Positions 14,340 to 30,453 of a stretch of DNA of 64,000 nucleotides are shown in pieces. Below the pieces are notes generated by a model. It saw only the letters and a program-made list of their open reading frames with translations. It was not told where the DNA came from and ran no database searches. The DNA is from Octopus sinensis (lineage: Eukaryota): assembly GCF_006345805.1 (NCBI RefSeq), contig NC_043015.1, forward strand, positions 9,052,001 to 9,116,000, in the 5' to 3' direction. The position numbers and the translations under genes are program-made. How positions within the stretch are numbered: the first letter of the stretch is position 1; every line of letters begins with the position of its first letter.

Positions 14340-15790
14340 AATTATTATTCCATTTATAACCAATAGGGCCGACATATAGGGGGCGATACAGTAGGCCTGG
14401 GCAGTGAGGTTTGAGAACAACGAGTACACAAAGATATCCCCCAAAAAAGAATATAACAATAAAAATTCCCCAACAGAGGGGAGGTAAGCACTTGGAGTTT
14501 GCTCAGGTGCCTCACAATTCCTGAACCACTCGACGCTTCGTGGGCATCTGGGAAGACCATCCTTCTCTGTTTTTGTTGTTGTCTCTGTTGCTGCTGCTGC
14601 TGCTACCGTTATTGTTGTCTTTCTCATCGATGTTGCTAGTATTCGTAGATCTTTTCGGTTTGTACGGCAGTTTTTAACATAATTTCTAGGTAACTAAAAA
14701 AATTTAAACTTCGTATACTGGTAGAATGTGTTTCTAAAGCATTTTTCTCTTGGGCTTTATTGAGAAATTTCTATAGTTTGTAATTTCTAGCATTTCTGCA
14801 ATTTCAACCAATCAATGACTGTCTATTGAGGTGAAAACATTCTGTGCTGTATGAATATGTCCTTCGTTTAAGAAATAGATTGGGTTTATTTAGATTTGTG
14901 AAGAAAAAAGATACCCTTCCCCCCACCCTTAACCCTAACATTAACCCTTACTAACCCTAATAGATCGATACTAGGAACATAATTATGGGTGACAATTTCA
15001 TATGACACCGCTAGTATCGATCTATTGCATTTCAATCAATTTTAGATTTAGGGTTAGTTAGGGCGAGTTAGGGTTAGGTTAGGGGTGGGGGACGGGTATC
15101 TTTTTTTCTTCACAAATGTAAATAAACCCAATGCGTTTCTTAAACGAGGAGCTTATTCATACGGCACAGAATGTTTTCACCTCAATAGACGGTCATTGAT
15201 TGGTTGAAATTGCAGAAATTGAAGAAATTAAAGACCAAATATCTTACAAACTATAGAATTTTCGCAAACAAGCCACGAGAAAAAACACATTCTACCAGTA
15301 TACGAAGTTTTAAATTTTTTAGTTATCTAGAAATTATGTTAGAAACTGCCGTTCACACCGAAAAGATCCGTATTCGTTCTGTTGTTTTTACTGTCGTCAC
15401 TTTTGTTCTTATTGTTGTTGTTGCTGCTTTCGTCAATTTTGCACACGTTGTTATCGTTATTGTTGCTGCTATAGCTACTACTACTACAGCTGTTTCTTTC
15501 TTTTTCGTGCTCATTGCTGCTCTCACTACTACTACTACTGCCTCTTCGGCTACTGTTAACTTTGCGGCTGCCGCTGTTTTTATTCCGACCGTTGTTAGTG
15601 TTTCTGCTACTCTTGTTCGTTGTACTTTGTACCATGACAGTCATGTTCTTCACCTCCACTGATTCCTCTGTATTGTTGCCCGCGTCAGAGGGAAGGGGGG
15701 GAAATACTTCATCTATTGCCCTATCTGCAGGAGAGTTTGTTTTGTTTTGCTTCAACCTTTCAAAACGCGTTCCGCCATCTTGTTGAGCTG
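14340..15790 (-). mobile_element. Putative internally deleted L1/Tx1-like element (ORF1-like 5' part joined to a 3' end), interrupted by the foldback element
   Basis: ATG at 15778 within CAAGATGGCGG. The Asn/Ser-rich frame continues across the removed insertion to a stop at 14512. The 3' terminal motif TGTCGGCCCTATTGGTTATAAA resembles the Tx1 end at ~37070-37095. Confidence 0.4.
14647..15369. mobile_element. 723-bp foldback/MITE-type DNA transposon with ~320-bp inverted arms and an 8-bp TSD
   Basis: Termini (A/G)GATCTTTTCGG...CCGAAAAGATCC. TSD GTATTCGT at 14639-14646 and 15370-15377. Arms are complementary almost to the centre, with TAACCC/GGGTTA repeats at their inner ends. Confidence 0.9.
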
Positions 15791-16013
15791 TATTGATTTT
15801 AATTAATTTTAACGCACACTGTAATTTATTTGGTGGGTCATAAATATGGGGGCTACGCTACCATAAAGGCGAGTAATAGAATCCTGGTGCTTCTAGTTAG
15901 AACTTGGAATAAAATAATTATTGCCAAAATTTATGAAACCTTGTGTAAATAAATATTTTAATACAAACATACTTGGAATGTTCGAAAACACGTCCGACGT
16001 GTTCCCCAGGAAA

Positions 16014-16320
<307 letters not shown>

Positions 16321-16779
16321 GATGAAGAAGAAGAAAAAGAAGGAGAAGTAGAACAACAACAAAAACAACCACAGATGTAACAACAAAGAGGATAGTAATA
16401 TTGATGGGAAATGGAAGAAGCAGACGAAAAAATATATAAAGCAGAAAAAGAATGATAATAGGAATAATGTTTCTTGGAGTGATTGCAAAGCCCAGACCCA
16501 TAAGGATGTTTTGTTAGCATATAACACATGATATATGTGAATATTAAAACAGAATTCAACAAAACAAGAAAACAATTTAGAGTAAATATCTCTAAAAATA
16601 AGGCAAATTATCTTTGTTAAGTCAGGCTAAATCCATTTTGTACACACATACGTGCATGCGTTATTACACATGCGTATGTTCTTTATGCACACCTTCCTTG
16701 AATTTTAGGACACTGTATACATGTAAACATTTAAATAATCAGTTCTACTGAACTTTCGAATACATCGATCCCAGTATTT

Positions 16780-17779
16780 CATTAATACTTAATTTATTGG
16801 TCACGAAAGGATGAAAGGCAAAATCTCAAAGTAATCTGAAATAAGAACGTAACAACGTGAAAAATACCGCTAAACATCTTGTCCAGCGTGCTAATAATTC
16901 TACCAGCTCGCTGCCTTATTTAACAATTTAATAACAATATGATACCAAACTATTTCACGCTATCCAATCTAGAATATTCTCAACAGTGAAAAAATAACCC
17001 CCAAAATATTTTGAAATGCATATTATATACATGGTAATGCGGCGAGTTTGTTGTATTATTAGCACGCCGGGCAAAATGCTTAGAGGAATTTCGTCTGTCT
17101 TCACCTTCTGGGTTCAAATTCTGCCGAGGTCAACTTTGCTCTTCCTCCTTCCACGGTCGATGAAATAAATATCAGTTGAACACTAGCGTTTGATGACATC
17201 GCCTTAACCGCTCCCCCATTACTACTGCCCATGTGCCAAGTTTCAAACAAGCTATTACGACACCAAATACTTAATGCTATTTTAGAATATTCTCACAAAT
17301 AAAATGCGTAAACAATATTTAAGATACATATTAATATATACGTCGTGAGTCGGTGAGATGGTAGAATTGTTACGACACCGTGTGATAGGCTTTACGATAT
17401 CTTATCTGTCATTACGTTCTGAGTCCTAAATCCAGTGATGTCGACTTTGCTTTTTTTATTCTCTCGGGTTCAATAAATTGATTACAAGTGAAGCACTTGA
17501 TTCGATGTAATTCACTGGTTGCCTTTCACCAAATTTCCAGGTTTATGTCTTTAGGTGAAAGGATTATATGCACATTAACAGCTCACTTGTTTCAGCCATT
17601 GGACTGCGACCATGCTGGAGCACTTCCTCGAAGGGGCTTTGGCCGTGCAAATCGACCTTATGACTTCTTTTTTGAGCCAAGTGCTTATACTATCAGTATA
17701 TTTTGCTGTACCGGTATGTATTGGTGACGTACAGACACCAACACACGTTGTCAAACGGTGATGTGGGAAAAACGCAAAC

Positions 17780-17844
<65 letters not shown>

Positions 17845-17885
17845 GTATATATATATATATATTATATATATATATATATATTATG

Positions 17886-17978
<93 letters not shown>

Positions 17979-18032
17979 ATATATATATATGATTATTATA
18001 TTATATATAATATATATTATATATATATATAT

Positions 18033-18085
<53 letters not shown>

Positions 18086-18480
18086 CTTTATTACCCATAG
18101 TGGGGCTAGAATAGCTGGGGCGGCAAACAAGGACCAACAAAGAGATTAAGCTGATTACATCGACATCAATGCGCAACTAGTACTTATTTAATCGATCCTG
18201 AAACGATGGAAGGCACAGTCGACTTTGGCGGAATTTGAACTCAGAACGAATTACCCGCAGGCGAAATGTCGTTAAGAATTTCACCCGGTGTGCTAACGTT
18301 CCTGCCATCTCTCCTTACTTATATATAACGTATGCTATGGGCTTCTTTCAGTTTCTTTCTACGAAATCCACTAACCTGATTTTATTCGGTCCGAGGCTAT
18401 TCCCCAAGAGGCCACGGAAAGGGACTGAACCTGAAACCATCTCGTTGCGAAGCAAGCACCTTACTGGATAGCCATAATTT
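16780..18480. mobile_element. Cluster of decayed tRNA-derived SINE fragments on both strands around a (TA)n tract
   Basis: Recurrent TTCAAATTC.GCCGAGGTC.ACTTTGC and AAATGCTTAG motifs at ~16780-16920, 17035-17260, 17350-17500, 17575-17790, 18085-18320 and 18330-18478. Confidence 0.65.
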
Positions 18481-19355
18481 TATATAAAATGTACTTAGTA
18501 TAGATAATGTAAAAATTAAAACTGGATGTGTACAAACAGAAATATACTAAAGACCAATAATCATTGAAGGAGACTCAAATTTATTTATTAAAGCAAAATT
18601 AAATGTATAGATTTCAAATTTTATCTGTCATGATAGAAAGGTTGTAATATGTGAAGTAATATAATGTATTGCATTATAGATATAACTGACGATGAACAAG
18701 CAATGTTTTCAGCTCGAGGAGATTACTTGCATAAAGAACGCTTTTATCCAGAATTTGTTCGGCGGATTTTCTTTAATACTGCTTACAGATATTAGAGAAA
18801 AAAATTAACGTACACACACAAAATATGCACATAGTCACGCATACATAAACACACATTCAGACGCACACACAATGAAACACAGGTAAGCACCAACAAATAC
18901 ACACGTACACAGAATCCTATATCAATAAACGCACATACACGGAAACAAATTTTGCAATTAAAGATCTCTTTCCATCTGTCTATGTCTGTGTTCGTAAGCT
19001 TCCACATATACATAAATACACGTACTCACATATTAACGAGCCCACAAGTGTGAATGAATGTGCAAGTGTTCCTTAGTTTGTGCGCGTTTGACGTTTACAA
19101 GTGTGTCTGGATATACACATATTTGAAGTGAATATGAATAGCTTGTCTCTGTTTTGGTTGTATATGAGGGTATCACTTTATGTGTCATGGTGTATTAATT
19201 TCTCTCATTATAAAATATTTCAATGGGTTTCATTATATATTTCGTTTTTAAAATGAGTGCATCCACATTGTAAATTTATTAAGATGATTTCACACCAATT
19301 TATCCACAAGAAGCGTCGAATTTAATGCTATATGTGCTTGTGTGTGTGTGTGTAC

Positions 19356-19602
<247 letters not shown>

Positions 19603-19699
19603 CTGGGAACAATAAAAAACACACAACTCTAGCTCTCCTTCGTGACAATTTATATCAAGAAAAAATGTAATACTTCCAACAATACAAAATTATGAAATA

Positions 19700-20170
19700 A
19701 CCCATTACTCTCATTCAACAGATCCAAAATGATTTAATGCAAAAAAGAAAAGACCCACTTTACAACATTTTCATACAAAACCAGCAACTTCTAAGTATTC
19801 ACAAGAGTGAAACCATAAACAGAAGTTGCAACAAATAAATCTCGTTGGCTATTAATATTCCAGATCACTGAGATCTCAAAACAGGAGCAGCTGTGGTGGG
19901 TCCGTCCTCTAAGACACACAGACTGCGTAACTTCATTGTCGTTCTTCCATATCAAAATTCATTGGTGGTTTTCTAAAAACCATTCTTCAATATATACGGA
20001 ACTACATGAGAGATGACTTGGACTTTTTAAATCATCTACGAAGCAAAACCAGAGTGGGTTAAAAAAGAAAAAAAAAGTATGTCATTCGACGTGATAAATT
20101 TAGACACCTCATTTCCACACAAATACGAAATAGAAGTTATATAATTTTAGCTAGAAAAATTTCGGAATAT
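19700..20170 (+). mobile_element. Decayed Penelope-like RT fragment related to the 46-50 kb element
   Basis: Broken translation gives IHKSETI, GPSSKTHRLRNF, MRDDLDFLNHL and SFDVINLDTSFPHKY, paralleling RDDLDMLNHL...SFDVVNLYTSIPHNY at 47-48 kb. Confidence 0.75.
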
Positions 20171-20499
20171 CATGTCATTGAAATATTTTTTTCAATTTCA
20201 ACTACAACTACCACAGACTAATAACTTGGACTTTGAGAGGAACAAGTGTACTCACCCCACACAGACACAGACACACACACACTTTTGCTAATCGCCTTAC
20301 GTCATATTTACAGCACGAAGTATGTGAACACGCCTGACTGAAATTTAGCCATAACTTTCAAAAACATTTACTCGCCAACTGCAAACGCCAAGTGGATGAT
20401 TGTTTTATTGAGACCACATTATCTTTTTGCACATTTTATCATAAAATAAGATACTAACACTATGACTGACATCTAATTTAAACCAAGGGACTCAGAACA

Positions 20500-22230
<1,731 letters not shown>

Positions 22231-23467
22231 ACATAATTTCATTTATTGTGTATACACAAATATATGCATTTGACTAATATTTACACGTTTGTGATTGTGT
22301 GTGGGTTTTTTCCGTGTTTCTGTAGGTGCATTTTACACTCCTCCTTCTATGTAAAAGGAAAATATTAATTTCTAATAAGGAAACAAATCACTATATTAGA
22401 ATTTATTTAAGTTTTTTCAAGATATGAAAACATTTGCAAATAAATATCATTATGTTGTATTACAAGAAAAAAATTGCTTCTACACGTATGCTGTTGGTTC
22501 ATGTGATATGTGTAACATATTCACTTGAAAATACACTCGTTGTCTCGTATTAATACAAACCAGTTAATTAACAACGGTAAAACATGAGTTTGCGACCTGA
22601 ATTGACACACTCTAAATTTGTATGCATTTTTACTTAAGATTTCAGGTTTTGTCCGTCCGAATTTTGAAGTAGTGTTCACAATGTCATTTTCGCTGCAGCC
22701 TACAAAATCATATATTGTTTTTACAAACACGTCCTAGATTGCGTTTTAAGACACATGTAAATGCGTTTGACAGATGTTTACTGGCAACGATGCTCAATTT
22801 TCTCTTACGGTGAAGCATTGTTGAGAGTAAGATAATATTTACTATATATTTATATATCGCAATGTATTGTTCCAATAGATAGCATTGTATTTATTTAAAT
22901 ATCATGCAGTGTTGCAATATAGTATATTAATTACATATTGGCAGCTGTTCATGGCATGTGCAAAACGCTGCTCTCAGTAAACAAGAAATTATGGGGTGGC
23001 GCATTTCAATGTATACACATTTGCGTAGTGGTTGGGTCTCCATAGATATCTATATTTACAAAATAACTGAAATCACATGGAATGTATTTCTCACGCTCTC
23101 CATATATTTACAATTTCCAATGGCAACTTTCTAATTAAATGATCGTTACTTGTTTTATAAAGCTGACCTCCCCAAGGTTCCGATTAATTATTGTTGTACT
23201 GTAATATTTCAGATGTGAATATGAATCACAATTACAATTCCGTATATACACATGCACACGCACAAACATGCACTCGCGTGACTCACAAATGCATATAATT
23301 ATGTGTATCCGCTACAAAATAACGTACAGCGTATATATATATGTAGAGGTGGGGTAATGTCGTAGGATGCTTTCTTCCCAACTGCATAGTTCCAAGTTTG
23401 GTTCCATCGCGTGGTACACTGGGCAAGTATAGCCACGGGCCAACCAAAACCGGTATCATGTTGTTGG

Positions 23468-23705
23468 GAAAAAAGGCGGCGAGCTGGCAGAAACGTTAGC
23501 GCGCCGGACGAAATGCTTAGCGGTATTTCATCTGTCGTTACGTTCTGAGTTCAAATTCCGCCGGGGTCGACTTTGCCTTTCATCCTTTAGGGGTCAATAA
23601 ATAAAGTACCAGTTACGCACTGGGGTCGATGTAATCGACTTAATACCTATGCCTGTCCTTGTTTGTCCCCTCTGTGTTTAGCCCCTTGTGGGTGAAAAAG
23701 AAATA
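23468..23705 (+). mobile_element. Young full-length tRNA-derived SINE with a 16-bp TSD
   Basis: GGCGGCGAGCTGGCAGAA A-box-like and GAGTTCAAATTCC B-box-like motifs. TSD GGTATCATGTTGTTGG at 23452-23467 and 23706-23721. Confidence 0.9.
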
Positions 23706-25410
23706 GGTATCATGTTGTTGGAAACAAAGATTCTTAACTCAGAGCTTCATTTTGTGTGTGTGTGTGTGTAGATATATCGTTATATGATTATAAGTTTTCG
23801 TCCTATATTTAGCTAGCATGTTTTAACTCAATTCCAAATATGTTGATTGAAATCAACCACATAAATTTTGAATATGAAATGTTTTAATCTTTTGTTAAGA
23901 GGTTGCGTACGGCCTGCTTTACGTTCAACCAAAATTTGCAAGTAGAACGGAAATATATATTATTCTTTTTGTTTTGTTTATGTGGCAGAGGTCAACTTTT
24001 TATCTTCTGTATTTTTAGTTTTTTATTGGGTGTATTACCTCTGCTCCTTAAAATGTAGGCAATTACGTCACCCGAAATAGAGAAACATGTAGATTATAAA
24101 AGGTTTAATTTCAATTCAATACTAGTTCTTTTAATACGCGTCTTCTTAAATGATGCCAGTTAAACTGTCTACAAGGAAATACAGAACTAGTCATTATTAT
24201 GTATATGACGTTTTGAATTTTAATGACATAAGGCTGTGAAAGCCAGATAGAAACTTACGTCAACAAAGGTTTTATTGAAGACTCAATGAATAATTTAAAA
24301 TGTTCATACTTCCAACACTGTACTGTCTTCAAATACAAACATGTGATATATATATATATTATATATATATATATTATATATATATATAATATATATATAC
24401 ATAATGGAGAACTCATACCCATTCATGACATATTATTTACGGTTATATATTCGATAGCTTTAATTCAGCTGAAGTCCGTTCAAATTTGAATCAAATGATA
24501 TTCAAATTTCAAACTCCTCTCTTTTCATCTGTCGATCAAACGTACCCTAGAAGTGTTTGGAGTTAATATTAAGAGACATAAATATTCATAGAGACACTCA
24601 ACTGAGCTGGAATATATACTCTTAAAGGTGAAATATTCAAATAATGTACATTCGGAAACAGCGTAGCCACTGGGTATTATTTCTCAAATTCGTTTTGGTG
24701 CCACTGCAATATTACAACGATGTGCGTTTAAAATTGGGAATTTATATACGCAGAAATAGTTGCGACAATTGCATATGATCTGAACATTTCATTAGAATAC
24801 AGAAACTGCTTGCAAGATTCAATTTACGTAGGCATAGAAACATAATCATATATATATATATTTATAAAATATATATATATGTGAATTCGTTAGGGAATAG
24901 CTCTCACACTTTCAGAGGCTATTATTTAGCGTTACAAAAAACACCGGCTCGTGTTCTGTAGCCATATAGTCCAATGATACAGAGTGCTTAACTGGAATTT
25001 GACAGGTACAGATTTCAGTTGAAAGCGGCGTTAATTGATATGTTTTCGCTTATAGGAGTACGTTACCAGATTCTCTAAAACAGGTGTCACAACTTTGGGA
25101 TATCTTTATATAAATATATAAATTTATTTACAGGACACAATATATGTCTCGATGTCTTACTCATAGTTTCATATGTTGAGAAATCAGTCACAAGCAACAT
25201 GTTGTAACAAAGTTAAATTAGCACTGTTCTGTAAATAAATAATACTCATCTCTCACCAGATGGAGTACTATTTTTGCCGAATTTTCAATCACTGGACAGT
25301 GCATTGTATATATATATACATACATATATATATGTGTGATTTGCTGATAGTGTAGAGAATTAAGGCATTTCAAAGCATACGCTTAATTTAAGTAAATCCT
25401 ATTAGCCTTC

Positions 25411-25828
25411 GGATTATGCATGTGACAGAAAATACAAGTGTTACATTATGATCTTCTTTATCCAAGCACGACTAATGTATAGTAGTGCATGCAGGAATGT
25501 TGTCTTCAGTAAGAGTCATTCCTGTAAAGCTGTGTCTTATTTACATAAAATTAGTATGAGTTGTTGCACTTACTATTCAATACATTTTCAAACGACAAAA
25601 ACTGAATTAGATCTAATACTATGGCCAGTAGAGAAAATAGTAAGGAGTAGTATGTCTGAAAAGTACGTCAATAACTTAATTTCCTGCAATCACAATGAAT
25701 TTACTCTCGGAGATCGCACCTTATGTTTTAAGATTTGAAACTGCAGCAAAAGCACATAACGAAATTTGAGATGGAATTTTTCCTTTTCCGACAGTTTTTT
25801 AAACCAATATATATATACATATATATAT

Positions 25829-25859
<31 letters not shown>

Positions 25860-25936
25860 ATATATATATATATATATAATATATAATATATATATATATT
25901 ATATATATATATATATATCTATATATATATATATAT

Positions 25937-26021
<85 letters not shown>

Positions 26022-26022
26022 G

Positions 26023-26057
<35 letters not shown>

Positions 26058-26083
26058 AATATTTATATATATATATACATATG

Positions 26084-26161
<78 letters not shown>

Positions 26162-26588
26162 ATATATATATGTATATATATATTGGTTTAAAAAACTGTC
26201 GGAAAAGGAAAAATTCCATCTCAAATTTCGTCATGTGCTTTTGCTGCAGTTTCAAATCTTAAAACATAAGGTGCGATCTCCGAGAGTAAATTCATTGTGA
26301 TTGCAGGAAATTAAGTTATTGACGTACTTTTCAGACATACTACTCCTTACTATTTTCTCTACTGGCCATAACATTTTCGATATTAGATCCAATTCAGTTT
26401 TTGTCGTTTGAAAATGTATTGAATAGTAAGTGCAACAACTCATACTAATTTTATGTAAATAAGACACAGCTTTACAGGAATGACTCTTACTGAAGACAAC
26501 ATTCCTGCATGCACTACTATACATTTGTCGTGCTTGGATTAAGAAGATCATAATGTAACAGTTGTATGTTCTGTCACATGCATAATCC
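25411..26588. repeat. Inverted duplication (~400-bp arms) flanking a ~370-bp (TA)n tract
   Basis: 25411-~25810 is the reverse complement of ~26180-26588, with a few substitutions and one ~9-bp indel. Confidence 0.92.
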
Positions 26589-28849
26589 TCCCTAAACCTT
26601 TCTGTACCAGAGACATTAACCCGAATCCTCTCCCTTATCGTAGACTAGGTGCCCCTTCTTCTATCCAGAATAGTTGCAAATTTTATAACGTGCTATTTCT
26701 TTTCCAATCCTAGTGTCATACTTCATTTTTGCTCCTACTAATATATTTGGAACGTCACTCAATATGTAAAGCTGCTAATATGCATATACATTTGGAATGT
26801 CAAATTTCCTACTGACAAGTTACGGCAGTTATTTTTTTTCTTAAGTAATTTCATCAAGTCTTTTTTATATGGTCCTTCATCTATTCTTGCTTTTTTGCAG
26901 CCGTTGTCAACTGAGATATATTAGGAAAAACAGGAAAGTGAATGCCCAATCTATCTACAACATGAATGACAATAAAAACAGCAAATATCACCGTAGTTAC
27001 TGTAGATTAAGTTGTATCGCACGCGCGCACACACACACACATTTACATTGTAACTTGATAATGGTGTCAGAGGTAAATCACTGTTTCCTTACAGTGGAGG
27101 TGGATAGTACGATTATATCAGACGCAATCGAGCTTTTTTTAAATATTTATCACGATCATCTAAAAAGTAAATAAAACGCTGTGGTCTGTGTCATTGAATA
27201 TGTACTTCCAAATATTTTAGCATTCAGGCATTATAATGAATCGTTAATATGGTGACTTACATGGATTTTAAAACAACTGCCATTCTACAAATTCGATCGG
27301 AGATCTATATTAAACAGAATAAAATATTGCATTTTAATTGTTGTTCTAATAATTTGCAAATATACATTTATATTTGTGTACCCTAAACATATAATATCGC
27401 ATATGCACTTATAAATTGACATTTCACTACATTTTAGGATGAATTTATAAAATATGCAATATTATGTTTAATAAGTCATACAATACTTTCAGCTTCGTAT
27501 AGAGGAGGTGGATCATTCTCTAAACCTTCCTACTGTATAGGGTTCTTGCACATTTCCGATTATTATTTACCGAGGCAAGGCTACCAATGATTATCAGATC
27601 AAGGGTAGATTTCTTCACATTTAAATTTACAAACGAATTTAATACAATATCTGATCTTGCTTTCAAATTTGCTCAAGCAGTGCTGTGCAGAAAAAGCTTA
27701 TTTTAATTGCAATAGCGTGCATGATTCAAGACGTTATACGTAAGAAAAAGTTTTAAATAATAGAGAGAAATAAATCGTATATATAGATCTATTCCTGGGG
27801 GTATATTTTGTATAAAACAATAGATATATTTCGTTTTGGGATTTGGTTTGAAAGATTCTTTATGTGAGTTCGTGTGTTGCGTCTTGGAAAGTTTTCAATA
27901 GTCTTCACTATAGAAAAGGTTGCACGACGCACGAAATTTTAGTAAAATAAAAATAAGAAATAAATGGAAAATTTACCAGTGGGTGTGTTAAAATGTAAGG
28001 CACAAAAGAATTACTCTACCCAGCCAGAGAATTGATATGTTATGCTTCAATAATGTAGACTATACATATAGAAAACGTAGAATAGGTTTTCTGACTGAAA
28101 ATACATAAGAGTATATTTCAAGTGCTGTTGAACTGATCACGTGTATATCGTGCAGGAAACAAAGCTGAATGTAATATGGAGAAATCATTTAAAAATTAAG
28201 AAGGGGATTCGGATGTTTCGAATAATTAGTGCATTTCAAAACATCATTTGCGTATTTGTTGCAGCTGCCATATTACGTTTCAACAAAGCTGTGTTTAATT
28301 TTGCCTCACATTTCTTCAGAGGCAATAAGACAATCGTTAAGTGTGACAGCATCGATTACAACCTCTTTTATGAAAATTACTTGAACCACAATTAGAAACT
28401 TATATAAAGCCGTTGATCCGTCGGAATGGTTAAAGAACGGTAAATAAGTCCTGTGCTAAAATCAGAATCAGTATAAGATGCATGATTGTGGGGCTATCAG
28501 AATAAAAAAAAAAATATTGCCAACTTCAGTGTACCACTTGTATTGTTCAAAACTGTTTCTCGCAAACAAATCAAAGCATGAAATATATAGAACAATTGGA
28601 GAAAATGAACTAATGTTTCTTGCAACTGAATAGACTTTATTTATTATGAAAATATGCAGTCATTTAAAAACTGAAATATTCAGTCTAATCAGCAATCTAG
28701 ACTGAAGCATACAATATTTAATATTTCTATGTTATGCACCTTTGAATTTTACTGAAGAGAAAAAAATATCGCTAAATATAAAGAAACCAGACTACTAAAT
28801 CCAGCAAATATTTTGAAAATAATTTAATCTAAGAAGCACTAAATCGATA

Positions 28850-29360
28850 CTGTTATTTTGATAACATTTTGCTTGAATAAATTTCGCTTTTCAGATAGTC
28901 CATACGTACAAGTCTTCCAATGGAAAAACAAAAACAGTTATCGCATTTGCAATGGAAGTTACAATGGTATGAAGTGTGTTTATTTGCTGCAGATTAGTGT
29001 AAAAACTATATTTTGTTTGAAATGTTTTTTCTATTCAATTTCAACGAATTCAGCAAAAATTTAATGATGAAATATCTATATTTGGGAAAAAGGAATGTCA
29101 GTATTCAAAATGGATGTATTGTTTTATACAAAAGTTGTTTTTCGTGAACAGGTGAAACGGAATTGTAGGGAGAGCTTAATTCCTATCTGTGTGAAAAAGA
29201 AAAAATATACTTCAAAATTTCTGAGTTAAAATTCAGATGATCTTCTTAATGATGCTGCATTTAAAATTCAAATTTCAATGAAGTTTAGAAAATAATGGAA
29301 TGTAGATATAATTTGTAAAAGAGGAGGACAGCTTGAAAGTAGGTTATGGCATTGTCATTT
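28850..29360 (+). mobile_element. Very decayed hAT-like (SPIN/Buster-type) transposase C-terminal remnant
   Basis: Frameshifted motifs NSYLCEK...SELKFR..DDLLND...QIS resemble the STYLCE..FS...KSR L..L.D..L dimerisation region. Confidence 0.35.
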
Positions 29361-30150
29361 TCATCAAGAATACAAGAATGGGGAAAAATTACTTTCTTTA
29401 CTGAAGAAACTCTAAAAGTGGAAATTTAATATGAAGAGCATCGAATTATTTAACTGAAGTTCACGTCGACGCGGTACATACAAATTCACTCAGTATTTGA
29501 TTTCACCGCTTTAATAAGTGAATCCTTCCAAGCTAAATAAAGTTCGGACAAGATTGATCATAATACAGGCGCTTGTAAAAAACTTGGTAAGAAAGCATCT
29601 TCTGGTGGTACAATGAGATCTGAAAAACAGTATAAAAATATTCGGACGAAACACTTCATGCACCAGAAAATGGTAAACAAGAGAATTATGGGATGGAATT
29701 GTTAATTTTAGTACAGGTAGAATGAAATGCAGTTCAAATACGAATTCACACACGCACATACATGCAAACACACACACACAGTGGAAATAGATGAAATCAA
29801 TCAATATTCTTATTTCGTGTAGACAGAGTTGTTGCGTAAAAATGAGTAGGAAGGATATGATATATAATGAATTTAAAAGAAGAATATACATAAGTAGGGG
29901 AAGTGAAATTTTACCTGCAGAGTGTTAAATGGTAACCCCCAGGAAGTTATCACCTGTAAAGACAGAAGACAGTTAAGCAAAATCCCAAACTTTTGTTCTC
30001 GTTCCAATGTCTCTTATTAGTAATGTAATTTCTGTCAAAGGCTTTTTTGTTAATAAGCAAAGGTATTATAAATAAAATACAAAATAAGAACGTACTATAC
30101 TGGTCAAAAACCCTAAGTCGTATAGCAGACTACGAAAAGATAATAATTTT

Positions 30151-30364
30151 TGTTGTGTCTGGGGAGAGTCATTCTCTTTTAGTGCCTTATTTTTTAACAC
30201 ACTCACCGGTAAAATTTCCACTTATTTCTTATTTTTATTTTCCTAAAATTTCGTTGCCTCTTGCGAACGAAAATTTTAGGAAAATTAAAATAAGTGGAAA
30301 TTTTACCGGTGAGTGTGTTAAATAATAAGGTACTAAAAGAGAATGACTCTCCCCAGACACAACA
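30151..30364. mobile_element. 214-bp near-perfect palindrome (MITE-like); a half-copy relative lies at ~27835-28020
   Basis: TGTTGTGTCTGGGGAGAGTCATTCTC... is inverted as ...GAGAATGACTCTCCCCAGACACAACA, with a short central loop. Confidence 0.75.
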
Positions 30365-30453
30365 GAATATGCTTCAACACACGAACTCATATAAATAATC
30401 TTGCAAACCAAATCCAATATGTAATATAATCATTTTTTTTTATTCCAAAAAAT

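Noticed and set aside
14925-15092. Interstitial telomere or chromosome-fusion site (inverted TAACCC/TTAGGG)
   Set aside because: The repeats are short, degenerate and lie inside the arms of a TSD-flanked transposon.
27793-29945. 11-bp inverted repeat (TTCCTGGGGGT/ACCCCCAGGAA) flanking the hAT-like remnant
   Set aside because: It does not resemble hAT termini, I see no TSD, and the left copy belongs to an adjacent MITE fragment.
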